Source: Eledone cirrhosa (lineage: Eukaryota). Taken from it: a stretch of 64,000 bases of DNA. Positions 25,528 to 39,642 of this stretch are shown here, piece by piece (the stretch's first letter is position 1; each line of letters opens with the position of its first letter). A program made the position numbers and the translations under genes. Below the pieces are notes generated by a model, which had not been told where the DNA came from, searched no databases, and saw only the letters and a program-made list of their open reading frames with translations. Where the stretch lies: NCBI GenBank assembly GCA_964016885.1, contig OZ024755.1:6510001-6574000 (forward strand), given 5' to 3'.

Positions 25528-28147
25528 ATTTTCAGACCCTATAGTACATTGAATCTCTTGGAAAATTTCCTCGAGGCTACATGTGTCAGCGGAATTCTCT
25601 TTCACATATTAATTTCATGAGCAGGAAGTTTAGTTGCCTGAACAAGGAGGACAATCATCGTCGAAAACGACGGATGTATATTCCATTCCATTCCATTCGA
25701 ATCCATATTTAGCGATTATTTCTTGGCCTAAGCATAGTTCGAGAACAATCTTCTTAGTTGATGTGTATTCTCATTGTTAATCTTGTAATGCAGAAAACTG
25801 AAGATTAACTGCTCTAACCTTAAGAATCTTAGTGAGCATCTCCACTGAACTAGAAATTCTAGAAGCTATAAGTGAGGTTGGTTGTTATTATTAGACAAAC
25901 GGAATTCAACGAAAGCCACCTTAACTAAAATTATTACAGATAGAAATCAATGATGAGATGAAGTATTAATATATAATCCATTTATCCAGAGTTCCTTTTA
26001 ATGAACTCTAAACCAATGATTGCCTCAAAAGATGAAACAATAAAAGAGAAAATAAACCCCTACATATTTATTCATAGTTGAACGCGGATTAAAGAGCATT
26101 ACCTTTACAAAAACAAATACGAAAGGAAAAAGAAACAACAACTTTTCATTAAAGAAAATGAAAGGAAATTTAAATAAATATGCTGTTGGGAGAGAGAAAA
26201 AAATGAGGATACGCACAACCACCCCACTCACTGACATATACACACGCATATTTTACTAAATGTTGATGGATCTTTAAAAAGCAAGAATTTAAATATCAGG
26301 TAACTAGTTTGTTTATGCTTTGGTGGCATCGTTTATCAAAGTAGCTAACCGGTTATTATTGACTAATGAATGCAGTGTGTAAGCAGAAACGTTGGATTAA
26401 TGGACGACAAATTTGGGGCTCTGATGACATATTTTCATAACACTTCATAATTCTTCTCTAACGTTCATATAATTTCAGTTTTACTCTTGAAGTTATTAAG
26501 TAGTGTTTAAGGGAAAAAGATCAGAGTATTAAATATGAATTCCTTTTTATTCGTTTCTTTTTTTTGTCTCATGTTCTATTTTAATATTTTAAATCAAATT
26601 TGTTCTCGAATATCAATTGCACAGCTTCGGTCAAATATTTATTGATTTTTCATTAAAAATTAAAAATAAATGGGGCAACATTGGTGTTTAATCAAGGCGG
26701 CAGAAAGAAAGCGTTAAGATCATATTTTCTATATAACATTGAATTAAATATTGATGAAATCTACTGAGATAATAAATCTTACTTAAATGTATTTATAACT
26801 GAAACTAACATATAAATAAATAATAAGGTATGACACCTTAAGTAACTACATTTACATCGAGCCAACGAGGGACCCTTTACCTGGCTACGTGACTTACTAG
26901 AAATAGCAGCCAAATCTTCTACACATAAATCAACATTAGCATGGTATGGAATAGAGCAGCCTGTATATAGAATTAACTTGTGAGTAACCGAGCATTCCAC
27001 AGACACGTGTACACATCTCTTTGATATTCAGAGTGACACAATGTATGACAAAGCTGGCTCTTTGAAATCCAGATAGTCAACCCGGCAGGCTTCCACGCAG
27101 CTTTCGTCTACCCGATTTCATTCACAATATAGGGATTGATGCCAGGATAAAGTAAATGACACATCCTTAAGGGGTCACGCAGTAAGATCGAACTAAAGAT
27201 CAAATGATTGCGAAGGAAATCTATCATACATTTGTCCATGCTGAGTCAAAGAGATGAAATATCTGGCTTAGTATTAACGTAATCCTATAAAAGTAGATAC
27301 TTGTTTTTATGAGGAAATTTGTTATCCTCGGAACTTTCTTTCATTGCCGTTTCTGTTATCTCTACGACTTATATCACGTTACATTTTTTATGTATATGGT
27401 AGGCATTAAAACACATTGATGGCTTTTATCTTGATCAAACATTTTTATTTCTCATTTATCATAAGGCATATATTCATGTTGAAAGATCGGATCTACTAAG
27501 ATAGATCAAGTGGGATCCATATGAAAGTTCTATACACATGCATATGTAGGAAAGAGCTTTTGATAAACTCACAAACTTTATAGGCAGTAACCATTTTCCA
27601 AACCGAAGGTGAGTGGTGAAGATTTATTCATTAATACATTTTAACCATTGGTTAGCTAGCTCAGTTTTTGTCTTTCTCATATCGCTTCTACTATTGCTCA
27701 GAGATAACATGCTACAACCTAAGTATAGTCGTGTTTTGAAAATGCCATAGTGTTCATGTGCCAAACGTAGTAACAATTATTAGTAATGTAACATAATTAA
27801 AACAGCTAAACATTAAAGATTTTGTTGATTGGAAAAGCATATTTCCACCCTAATGGCCTTCGTTAATTAGTCTTAAAATACCCGCTCACATATCTCACCA
27901 TTATAAATTAATTTGGATTTTGTAAGAAGGAATGTTTGTCAAAACAATGCTTTAGTACACATATACACATGTCTTTTGTCAGCAATATCATGCATCGCCA
28001 AAGAAATGTCGCATATCAAGCGATGCATGTGCTTGAAGCTTTTCTAAGTGAGGAATGACTTTGCAAAGGGCCAATCCCACTCTCTGAACATCGAATGCAT
28101 TTACCCGAAAAGTAGATACACGCACACATACACACACACGCACACAC

Positions 28148-28235
<88 letters not shown>

Positions 28236-28310
28236 TCATATATACATATATATAGAGAGAGAGAAATGGAGAGAGATAGATAGATAGATAGATAGATAGA
28301 TATAGATATA

Positions 28311-28389
28311 CAGGGCGTTCCATAAAATGTATACACATCTTCAACAGTATTCTAATACAAATGTGTATACACTTTTGGGGGACACCCTG
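28311..28389. mobile_element. 79-bp Tc1/mariner-type MITE
   Basis: 28-bp TIRs CAGGGCGTTCCATAAAATGTATACACAT and the reverse complement CAGGGTGTCCCCAAAAGTGTATACACAT; TA on both flanks. Confidence 0.85.
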
Positions 28390-28684
28390 TATATATATAT
28401 AAGTTTAATTTTACAAATGAATTTTATTGCATTATGTTCTTGTATGTTCAAATTCCCCGACAGTCTGGAGTGTGGTCCATTGATAACCTTCCCTTCTGTG
28501 GCCACCATTTACATACAACATCCTGTTGTTCTAAACTAAGAATCAGTCTAAACTTTTATTCAGGCTGTGAAGTGGGGCAATTTATATTAAATTCAACAAA
28601 GCACACAAGACTGATTCACATTAACCCTCATACAAATTTCATTATTGAATCGATTCTCATTATTCACAAGAAAAGATTACATTT

Positions 28685-28714
28685 TCTCTCTATATATATA
28701 TCTATATCTTTCTT

Positions 28715-28782
<68 letters not shown>

Positions 28783-29082
28783 TCTCTCTCTCTCTCTTAC
28801 TCTCTCTCTCTCTCTCTTACTCTCTCTCTCTCTCTTACTCTCTCTCTATCTATCTATCTATCTATCTATATATCTATGTCTCTCTCTCTCTCTATCTACC
28901 TATATATCTATCTATCTATATATCTATGTCTCTCTCTCTCTCTCTATCTACCTATATATCTATCTATCTATATATCTATGTCTCTCTCTCTCTCTCTATC
29001 TATCTATATATCTATCTATCTATATATCTATGTCTCTCTCTCTCTCTATCTACCTATATATCTATCTATCTATATATCTATG

Positions 29083-29115
<33 letters not shown>

Positions 29116-29140
29116 CTATATATCTATGTCTCTCTCTCTA

Positions 29141-29171
<31 letters not shown>

Positions 29172-29174
29172 ATG

Positions 29175-29205
<31 letters not shown>

Positions 29206-29275
29206 CTATCTATCTATCTATCTATATATCTATGTCTCTCTCTCTCTCTATCTACCTATATATCTATCTATCTAG
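28685..29275. repeat. (TC)n/(TCTA)n compound array with higher-order ~40-50-bp units
   Basis: Repeating TCTATCTATATATCTATG(TC)n blocks. Confidence 0.9.
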
Positions 29276-29277
29276 AA

Positions 29278-29655
29278 ATATTTTTTTCAAATACCACTTT
29301 GGAAGAAGAATCAGGATGGAGACAGAGGTGCTGTACCCCAGCAAGTTTTATGAAAGGTGGGTGAAAGTGGCGAGAATGGCCCGAGTGAATGGGCCTTCTC
29401 TCTATATCAGCCTGTAGGTTGAGGAAAAGGAGGAGGAGAGGAAAGGGGTACAAATTCTTCGTACTCCTGGAGATGAGGGTTGCACATTTTTTCGGGGGTA
29501 TGTGTTACCCATATGAACTGTCTCCCCCTATTGGGGAAAATTGACTAATTTTTAAATTGCATTTGTGATAATATTTTACACGTTTTTATTGTATGTAAAC
29601 TTCCCCCTTTGTATTTGTCCCCTTCTTTTGTGCGCCTGTGGCTAATAAAGAAACA
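29278..29655 (+). mobile_element. Probable Tx1/L1-like non-LTR retrotransposon 3' fragment
   Basis: Non-repetitive frame FFKYHFGRRIRMETEVLYPSKFYERWVKVARMARVNG, then a UTR ending CTGTGGCTAATAAAGAAA. The same tail recurs at ~20355, 51575, 51705 and 60790. Clade call is tentative. Confidence 0.5.
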
Positions 29656-29703
29656 TATCTATCTAGAAATCTATCTATCCATCAATCTATCTCTTTCTTT
29701 CTT

Positions 29704-29735
<32 letters not shown>

Positions 29736-30468
29736 ACTTTATCCCTCTTTCTCTTCTCTATCCCTATATCTCTCTTTTTCTCTCTCTCTAACTCTCTATC
29801 CTTCTCTCTCTAACCATCTCCCTCTCTTCCTCTCCCCCTTTTTCTCTCTCTCGTTCTCTCACTCGCACTCACTCACTCACTGAGTCGCGATTTATACTAC
29901 CAACAGAAAAATAAACTCGGTAACAACGCCGATATAAACACCAACAGAAGTGACTTCAAAAGCAACAACAACAACAACATCATGAAGAACAACTGTAACG
30001 AAATGTTCTTTGGACGCCTACTGTTATTCTCTCAGCTGCATTGTGTTTGGTTCATATTTACATTCGTTTTGATAACAGGAATCATTGGTAGCTCTTTACC
30101 TTATACAATGAAATAGAACATTTTTTTTTTTTTGCCTTGTTACTTTTAATGTTTGGTTTTAGTTTTAGTTTATTTCATAAATCAGTTTTGTTTTATTGAA
30201 TTTCACATAACATTCTGACTACAAAAGGAGAAAATATTTTCGAAAATATCAACGATGATATCAACGAAAATAAAAGAAACAATCCATTTTCCTACTTGAA
30301 ATAAACTTGAATTAAAAGTACAAATTAAATTAAATTTCATTCAGTGATTACCCACAATACTGGGTGTAGTTTTGTTGTTCATCGCATACAATGATGGCGA
30401 AAGTGGAGTTGATGTCGTACAGCCAGTACCAGATGGATCAATAGTTTGGTGTGTGTGTGTGTGTATGT

Positions 30469-30506
<38 letters not shown>

Positions 30507-30636
30507 CATACTAACATACTCTCCTTCACTGAAGAATGAAATCCAATATAATAGTAAAAAAAATAAACAGTAAAGCGAATACAAAAAGGAAAGCAAAGGA
30601 TAAAAAAATTACAAATCCATATTACAGTTGTGTTGT

Positions 30637-30900
30637 AATCACCATCATCATCATCAACACCATCACCATCATCATCATCATCATCATCAGCATCATCATC
30701 ATCATCATCACCGTCGACATCACCACCACCACCATCATCATCATCACCAACACCATCATCATCATCACCGCCGTCATCACCACCATCACCAACATCATCA
30801 TCATCATCATCCTGACCATCATCATCATCATGAACATCATCATCATCATGACCATCATCACATCATGAACATCATCATCATCATGACCATCATCATCATC
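30637..30900. repeat. (CAT/CAC)n trinucleotide array
   Basis: Direct inspection. Confidence 0.95.
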
Positions 30901-31785
30901 TCGTGTCCGCTTATTTTATATTCTTCCTTTTCTAATTCTTTCCTCATCTTTGTCCTCGTTTCTCTTTTATTCCGAATGCGCTATCAAACAAAGAAAGTTC
31001 GCCCTCCAAACCAACAGGAAGTTCTCTCACATTTTACATCCGGCACAACTCATAAAGAGCAAACAATCCGACGAACGAGTGATCAAATGTGCATACCATG
31101 CACGCACTCATGAAACAAATTTACAAACAAATAAATGAAAAATATAAGAAGAATAGCATAACAATGATGCAAACACTAAAGGTAAGCGCTTTGTGTGGTA
31201 CACAATGTTACACACAAATATAGCAGCTTTCTTTTAAATCAAAATTCCAAATTTCCACCTTTTAACAACAACCAAATAAGCCATAGGTTCGGTAAATTTT
31301 AAACAAAACATATTGAAAAACATGACAGAAAAAAATAACTATGTGTAAATGTGTATATCATTCCTTGTTGCGATGGCTGGGCGGGTAAATATTTCTATGT
31401 TTAGATTGTAGAGTTACAAGCTAACAATCCACCATCCTTTCCACATATAATTCAATATCTCGGTTGACTTGTGATGCTGAAAATCCAGCACCCGTTTGTT
31501 GATCTGTTAGCTAAGTTTAATCATTTCTCTTCTGACAAAGAGCAGCACAGCAAATACTTGTATCTGCTTTATTTTTCCACTCACCATATATCACTTTAGC
31601 ATATATTATTACTGACTAACATTCTATACGGATTGTTAAGTTACCATCTGTTTAAAAAGTAGATATAATGACGGATCTGTCTGATTTTGTGGTTCGTTGG
31701 GAAATGTTCTTTAATGTGATACAGTGTTGGTTTTGAGACAATAACGAATATTTTAATATATTTAGATTCCATTTACTTTGTATAA

Positions 31786-31968
31786 ATAACTGTTTCTACT
31801 TTTGGCACAATGCCAGCAATTATTCTAGTGCATTACTGGTACTTTATTTTATCGACCCCGCAAGGACGAAAGGCAAAGTTAACCTCGGCAGGATTTGAAC
31901 TGAGATCATAAAGGGGCGTAACTCTATGCTGCAAAGCATGGCGTCCGGCCATCTACTGATGCTACCAA
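31786..31968 (-). mobile_element. tRNA-derived SINE, family A
   Basis: Family A tail, core and head. Confidence 0.85.
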
Positions 31969-32921
31969 TGAATCACTAGAGAATAATAATGAAATGAACT
32001 AGTCATCAAACGGTGGAGATAATTATAACAAGATATATATTTGTGTAACGAGTAATATAGTAACAGACGGCTCACGGGGGATGTTAGGCAAATTTAGTTT
32101 AAGATAGAACCAACTGATATCCTACAGTATAACTGGCACAATTTGTCTCATACATTTTAATAAGTAGCTTACTTTTTCTGGACCCCTAGATGGAGAGGGG
32201 AGAGAGAGAGACAGACAAAAACAGACAGAAAGAGACAGATGGGTGGAGATGTATGTAGAGCAGTCCACACACACATATACCCTTAAGATAATTTTCAAGG
32301 AGTTTCAGCATGACAATAGTGGGTGACGAAGGAGGGTGTTTGAATTCTAAGTACAGTTCATCTGATGAGCTTTGGTACAGTTTCCGACTAACCTATTCCA
32401 CTCAAAAGGCACAGATACCCAAGAAGTAACGCAATGGGATCGAATCCAGGACCTAATGATTGCCAAGCGGTTTTCCTAACCATTCGGCCATGCTGTATCC
32501 ACTGAGTTAATATTATGCATTGGAAACACTTAATAAAATTGAAAGCAAATAGAAACGATGTAGAAAAAGAGAAGTAATTTATAAGCAGTCAACTATCAAA
32601 GAATGTAATTGGCCTGCATTGGCTAACATTAAGTCATTTCTTTATCAATCATTTTATTACTGACACGCCAAGAGTGAGAGAGAGATTCGCTAGAACTAGG
32701 TTACTTTCTCATGAATGTGTGTTTCTTTTGTCAATTGCACATTGATTGTTATATAGGCTGCTTTCTTATATATATATTTGCAGAACTAGATGAGTAAATA
32801 TGCATAGCTTCTTCTTAATGAAGTCGTTCTAATTTGTGGATTTAAATTCAATTTTCTAAGGCATAACTAATTTATATATAAGCTTTCAAAACGATATTGT
32901 TCTTGGCGTGCGTTTTCGTGT

Positions 32922-32991
<70 letters not shown>

Positions 32992-33012
32992 AAGAACAAA
33001 TTGTTAAGCCTT

Positions 33013-33129
33013 CATTACATTTATTGATTGGTGACGCGCGTTTCTCTATTGATCAACTCAAGGTTCGATCTGTATTGATCTGGCCCGACTCTGGAATCAA
33101 ATGCTCGTCGGACCTCTGCTGTTGTAATG
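33013..33129 (-). ncRNA. Type I hammerhead motif with one core substitution, between (TA)n tracts
   Basis: Minus: GGT-CCGACGA-(~60-nt stem II region)-GAA-ACGCGCGT-C-ACC; outer CATTACA/TGTAATG pairing; AATAAA just 3' of the site. Confidence 0.6.
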
Positions 33130-33187
33130 ACAGTATATATATATATATACATGCATACATACATACATACATACATACATACATACA

Positions 33188-33218
<31 letters not shown>

Positions 33219-34541
33219 GTACATATGTACACATAAATACTCAGATGACTACACACTTGTTGTAAAATGTGTTGTGTCATAAGACTTATTGCAAGCGATT
33301 AGCCGCCAAAAGCACATATGTCTTTTATTTTGGTTTACTTTAGCGTTTAGTCAACGTAATACTCTTTCTCAACTGTGGGTAAAAACGTTAAGAGTTGAAT
33401 GGTTTCTTGAAGAACAGTTAATGCTATCAGTAACTCCATAGAAATTGAATCAGCGTTAGTCATTAGAATTCACTTGTTCACTAACGCTAATGCAATGCCA
33501 CCTTCTAGTTTATAAAGGCAATTTTTGTTTTATATATTTAGAATGGTTCTTCATGTTTTATGAATTATCAAAGAATGATTTACTAATGAAAGTTTTTAAA
33601 AAACTGCATTTAATTTCTGTGTAAATTAACAAATTTAAAATCATGAAAATATTATTGAAAAGCATGACAGATCAGAAAACTAACTGAATTAAGTGCCATG
33701 ATTTAATATTTGAATTTGTATGCTTGTATTAGTAATAGCACAGACACATAATTTCTCAATACTCAATTAGGATAAGATAACACTAATGTGAAGCTTCGAG
33801 ATTTTAAACATATTTAGTAAAGCCGAGAGTTAATCTCTTACATGTAGCACACAAAGATAGCAAGAAAGACAATGCGTTGAACCTTCGAATATTCTTATCT
33901 GAATGTCTCGGATGCAAATAGGTTACGTAGAAACGGTTATGTAATAATAGAAAATATAATTTTATTGATTTATTTATTACTTCTGATTTTAACACACTTG
34001 CTTTTATTTAAAACTGTTTAGATACTTCAGTTGATTTTCAGTTGAAAAACGATAAGCTGAACGGTATATGATATAACTTTTACATAATATATGTACACAA
34101 CTTTAGTCTAAGAATTGGCTGACCAAAATAACTATTCTTATCTATAGTCAATTTTTCTTCAGTTTCTCTTGTTGATGTCATTTAACTACATTTGTTTTTA
34201 TTTAGAAAAATAATTTCATGTATGTTTATTTTACCGTTAAATTTATATCACAAAAGTTTAATTCAATGATAAGTTTAGTCTACAGACAAATTTATACACG
34301 TATATGTCTAGATCACTGATTGTTTTAGTTTACAAAGTCTTTTGTTTCCTTTTTTTAATCTAGAGTTTAATTCGTTTGTTTGTGTAGTTCACTGACATGG
34401 CTGCTTCAATATTTCTTCACTGATACATTAAGGAAATGCGTAATTTCGAAATACATGATTGTAGACATATCAGTTCTCTTATTTGTATTGTTCTATGTAT
34501 TAAATTTAAATCTATTTTGAACTAAAATATAACATTTATAA

Positions 34542-34800
34542 CCTAACTGTTTTTCGTAACTCAATAACATATCTAAATATGTTCTTATATATCAATATAT
34601 ATTTGAACTTAGTTCTATGAATGCTTCATATCTAAGGGTTAAATCACTAGCGTTCAATCTCAGAAAACGATATATACCCTAACTGTTCTTCGTAACTCAA
34701 TAGCATATCTAAATATGTTCTTATATATCAATATATATTTGAATTTAGTTCTATGAATGCTTCATATCTAAGGGTTAAATCACTAGAAAACCGATATATC
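34542..34800. repeat. Tandem duplication, ~136-bp unit x2
   Basis: CCTAACTGTT...GGGTTAAATCACTAG repeated starting at 34542 and 34678. Confidence 0.9.
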
Positions 34801-35149
34801 ACCAAGAAGGCAAGAACATACAAAAGAATGGATTTAGAATGGCATTACAGTGTTTGGGCACATGTTAACCAAACGATAATATTCTGTTGTTATTTTCACA
34901 CTTGTAGCTTGAGTATAAATATATTTCTCATCCCAGAAAATTAAACACACTCTTTTCAGCATATCTCTATTTGTAAGATAACCGAGAAATCTAGTTATGT
35001 AGGTTTTATCTATTTCCATATTTAGGTCATCTTTCGAACGATAGCTCATAGATCTAGTATGAACACTCTATAAAATTTTCCAGATTTTCTTTTGCGAGAT
35101 CTGGAGGCATTCCTAGATCAATAAGATTGGTGGTTAAGTGTTCGGTTTA

Positions 35150-35720
35150 TAATATTACAGGTCGATTCCTGCTGGAAAGGCATGTGCAGAAAGGGAATTA
35201 CAGATCGACAACAGAGCTAATACTGTGTATATACGTTAATGGGAGGAGTGGAGGAGTTGAACGTATATGGGGATGAGTTAAGGTAACAAAAGGTCAATGA
35301 GGTCCAATGAGATATCATTGTAGTACGATAGACAAAGGAATGGGTACATAACATGTATGGGCCAGAGGTTGGACTATATCTGGCAGGGAATCTATACCAA
35401 CTGGACGAGAGTACTTTGTTTCTGGATGTCGCTTGAGTGTTTTTGCATATGGCAGTACCAGCCTCCTAGATTTGGGGGCAATACTGAGATTCGTCGAGGG
35501 TCGGAAGATGTGCATAGTTGAGCGCTGAATTCAGTTTCTTTAAATGCATATTTTTGATGAAGATACGTGACCTGTATGAAAAGGATGTCGAAAGTGAAGA
35601 CGATTTCTTCAATGCAGTTTTCCATATGGAACAGCTTTTAGTGTTCTTCGAATGAAAATTAGATTAAAACTGCGTTCCTTCTGCTTTATTCCCCTCTGGA
35701 AACATTGACTTCTTCTATTA
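35150..35720 (-). pseudogene. Heavily decayed CR1/Jockey-group LINE RT C-terminus
   Basis: Minus-strand fragments resembling the (E)YC..IW, QPL.H, YYN and N.L....FP...DL motifs of LINE ORF2 C-termini; many stops. Confidence 0.5.
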
Positions 35721-36817
35721 CGTTAAAGGTTACATTTGCATTGATAATATCTCTTCACCTTGAAACACTAGATTGACCGATACTGTTATGTAAGCTGAAA
35801 GAAATATACTTGAAAATTAAATAATATAATTTGTGTCACATCACGCAAAATGGAGGTAAGTTAGATCCAGGAGCTGTCATCTTGGTTGAATTGTAAATCA
35901 GCATAAATAAGTATACGTACACATACATAGTACATATATTTATATATATATATACATACATACATATATAATAACTATATACGTACATACATACATATAT
36001 ACATAGAAATATACATCCTTAATACATATATAAATACATACATATTTAATATATACATACATACATAATACATACATACTTAATACATACATACTTAATA
36101 CATTTGTACGTACATACATAATATATTCATATATACATACATAATACATAGATACACAATATTTAATATATGTATACATAAATACATACTTAATACATGA
36201 AAACTTAATACATACATACATACATACATACATGCATACAAATTAAGGCTGCAACGATAAGCAAATTGATTGATTGAATGGCCTTGCCTCATCGACCGAT
36301 ACCGATTAATGGGTCATCGATTATCTATAATGTAATTATATAATGTGATATGAAAATGTGTTAATTCCAATGGCGAAATGTTGATGTTTTTACATTTTAA
36401 GTTATGAATTATTAAATTTGATTATTAAATTTTCTTTGTTTGGTTAAGATAGCAGAAATCATTATAACTGGAAATTGTTTAAATATATTGAAATAAGCAA
36501 ATGATCAGAATCTTCAAAATTTTATATTAATTCCTCTTTTAAAAGATCAATAAACACACATTCTATCAGTTTGTTAGGAAAGTCTTTCTTCTACTGCATC
36601 ACGCTTTAGCCTATACGGAGTTATGCCCCTTGGTGAGACTCGTGTAATTTTCCTTTTTGTAGATCATTACGTTTAAGCAGTAAGAACAAAGTTATATTAT
36701 ATAACTTGGCTTAGATTGTATGTCCAAGGAAATATATGTTGAATGCAATGTGTTTATAGAGTTTCTTTGTCACCTCTGGTTTTCTCGCTATACAACTATA
36801 TATATATATATATATAT

Positions 36818-37008
36818 ATAGGGAAAAGTATGACCCCGACGGCAGAGCTCAAGCCGTTTCGACGGCTATTTCAGTCCAGAAATAGCCGTCAAAACGGCTT
36901 GAGCTCTGCTGTCGGGTCATACTTTTTCCTATTTCCCACTCTACTACTCTAAGTATTGAGTACTCTGCTGCGTTATGGTCCATCTGGTTCCTTACCACAA
37001 TTCTTTTG

Positions 37009-37010
<2 letters not shown>
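36818..37010 (+). mobile_element. Fold-back element copy 2 (115-bp palindrome plus tail) in (TA)n
   Basis: 36818-36932 is self-complementary around loop CAGTCCAG; the tail matches the reverse complement of 9535-9610. Confidence 0.85.
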
Positions 37011-37046
<36 letters not shown>

Positions 37047-37835
37047 ATACTATGGGAGGGTCATGCTGCCAATAAAAACACACGCACCTGTTAGGTTTCA
37101 CTTCAATTTATTATGAATTTCCGGTTGGTTTGTTGGTTGGTTCGATAACGGATGGTTGTTTATATATTGTTGTTGTTGAGAACTGGAGATGTGGTGGTGG
37201 TGGTGGTGATGGTGCTGGTGGTGGAATGGGTGGAGTGGGAGAACAGAGGAAGAGGAAGGGTGGGTGTGAAGCGCATGAGGGATGAGACGAAATGGAGAAG
37301 AGAAGATGGTAAGAGGATGATGACAACGATGATGGTGATGACGATGGCGGCGACGACGAAAACGACTAGGAGGAGGAGGAGGGGGAGAAGGAGGAGGAGG
37401 AGGAGAAGGTGGAGTAGCAGCAGCAGAAATAATTGCAAGAATATAGAGACTGAGAAGATGAAAAGAATAAGAATTATATATCTGAATAAATACTGAAACT
37501 AAAACAAAACAAACAAACAAAAAAAAAGCAATAAAAGACCAAAAGGAAAAGAAGGAGGGAAGGAGAAAGAAGGGGGGGGGGGGGGAGAGTGAAGGAAATA
37601 ATAGAAAGACTAAGGAGAAAGAGTAAGAGAAATATAAGCAAAACGAATTGAAGGACTTGGTCAGGAAAAATGTATTTTATGATGAATGAACATAGAAGAA
37701 GAAGAAACAGAAACAGAAGAAGAAGAAGAAACAGAAGAAGAAGAAGAAATAGAAAAAGAAGAATAGTTTGACGATGATGATGGGAGAAATATATGTACAA
37801 GTGGATTGGGGTTTGAGATAACAAAAAATTGATTT

Positions 37836-37956
37836 CAACATCATCATCATCATCAGTAGTAGCAGCCTCACCACCAGTGCATTCATCCTCATCAGTACTA
37901 ACATCACTATTATCATCATCAGCAGCATTTTCACCACCACTATCAACACCAACACC

Positions 37957-37988
<32 letters not shown>

Positions 37989-38270
37989 CATCATCACCAT
38001 CTTCATCACCACCATCACCACCATCACCACCACCACCATCATCACCATCACCACCACCATCACCACCATCATCACCATCACCATCACCATCATCATCATC
38101 ACCATCTTCATCACCACCATCACCACCATCACCACCACCACCATCATCACCACCACCATCACCACCATCACCGCCGCCATCACCATCACCACCATCACCA
38201 CCGTCATCACCATCACCACCATCACAACCATCACCACCGTCATCACCATCATCACCATCACCACCATCAG
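37836..38270. repeat. (CAT/CAC)n array; an (AAC/CAG)n array follows at 38380-38795
   Basis: Direct inspection. Confidence 0.95.
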
Positions 38271-38974
38271 TAGGTAGTACTCCAGCACGTGACAAGACAT
38301 ACATAGAGCAGCAACACAGGTAAAAACTACAGTCACAGCCGCGATGTAAATAATAAAAACCTCACCTGATAAGAATGACAGCAGCAACAACAACAAAACA
38401 ACAACGAGAACAGCAACAGTAACAACAACAACAACAGTAACAACAACAACACCAGTAACAACAATAACAATGATAATAATGTCAAATATGGCAATAATAA
38501 TGTCGTCAGCAGATAAGAAAAATATCAACAATAACAACAACAACAACTACAACAGAACTGCAACAGCAGCAGCAACAACAACAACAACAACAGTAACAAC
38601 AACAACAGCAACAACAACAGTGGCAACAACAACAATTAATGCAACAGCAAAATGACACTAAATGCCACAACAGCAACCACAACAGGCACAATGGCAGCAA
38701 CAACAACAACAACAGCAACAACAGCCACAACAACAGCAACAGCAACAACAAAAACAGCAACAACAGCAACAACAACAGCCACAACAACAACAATAGATAT
38801 TCTATCTAGAATCTACCTTCAGTAACTAATGCATTGTTATTGATTAGAGAAATTTGGAAAGAACTGACAGTTAGTGTGTCTCTCTAGAAGAACTACAATA
38901 TATAATAATGATATTAGTTCAAGGCAGAGTAGGCTATTAGCAATAATAATATTGCTTAGCATACACACACTCAC

Positions 38975-39007
<33 letters not shown>

Positions 39008-39082
39008 CGTACGTACATATATGGATATATTGAGAGATATACACAGAGCCACAGGTACGAACAGTCAGTCTTAAGATACATA

Positions 39083-39114
39083 CTTATATAGAATATAAAT
39101 TTATATATATTATA

Positions 39115-39148
<34 letters not shown>

Positions 39149-39207
39149 CATATTTATATAGAATATATATATATTCATACTTATATAGAATATAAATTTA
39201 TATATAT

Positions 39208-39238
<31 letters not shown>

Positions 39239-39373
39239 TCATATTTATATAGAATATAAATTTATATATATTATATATATATATTATATATATATATTTA
39301 TATTTATATATTCATATTTATATAGAATATATATATATTCATACTTATATAGAATATAAATTTATATATATTA

Positions 39374-39407
<34 letters not shown>

Positions 39408-39500
39408 CATATTTATATAGAATATATATATATTCATTCTTATATAGAATATAAATTTATATATATTATATATATATATATTTATATTTATATATTCATA
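39083..39500. repeat. AT-rich minisatellite built from TTATATAGAATATAAATTTATATA blocks
   Basis: The motif ATATAGAATAT recurs repeatedly at semi-regular spacing. Confidence 0.8.
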
Positions 39501-39642
39501 TATATATATATATATATATATATGCTCTGTAGTATACTAGTTATCCTATATTGAGCTAAAACGACACTGTCATACCAAGGGCAATATATATACATGTATA
39601 GGTATATTGATATATTTGTCAACGAAATATATATGTATATAT

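Noticed and set aside
37474-38546. Gly/Asp-, Ser/Pro- and Val/Met-rich ORFs; also the poly-His ORF at 30628-31113 and poly-Ser/Phe/Lys ORFs at 59865-60486
   Set aside because: Trinucleotide arrays open in several frames on both strands; no splice or homology support.
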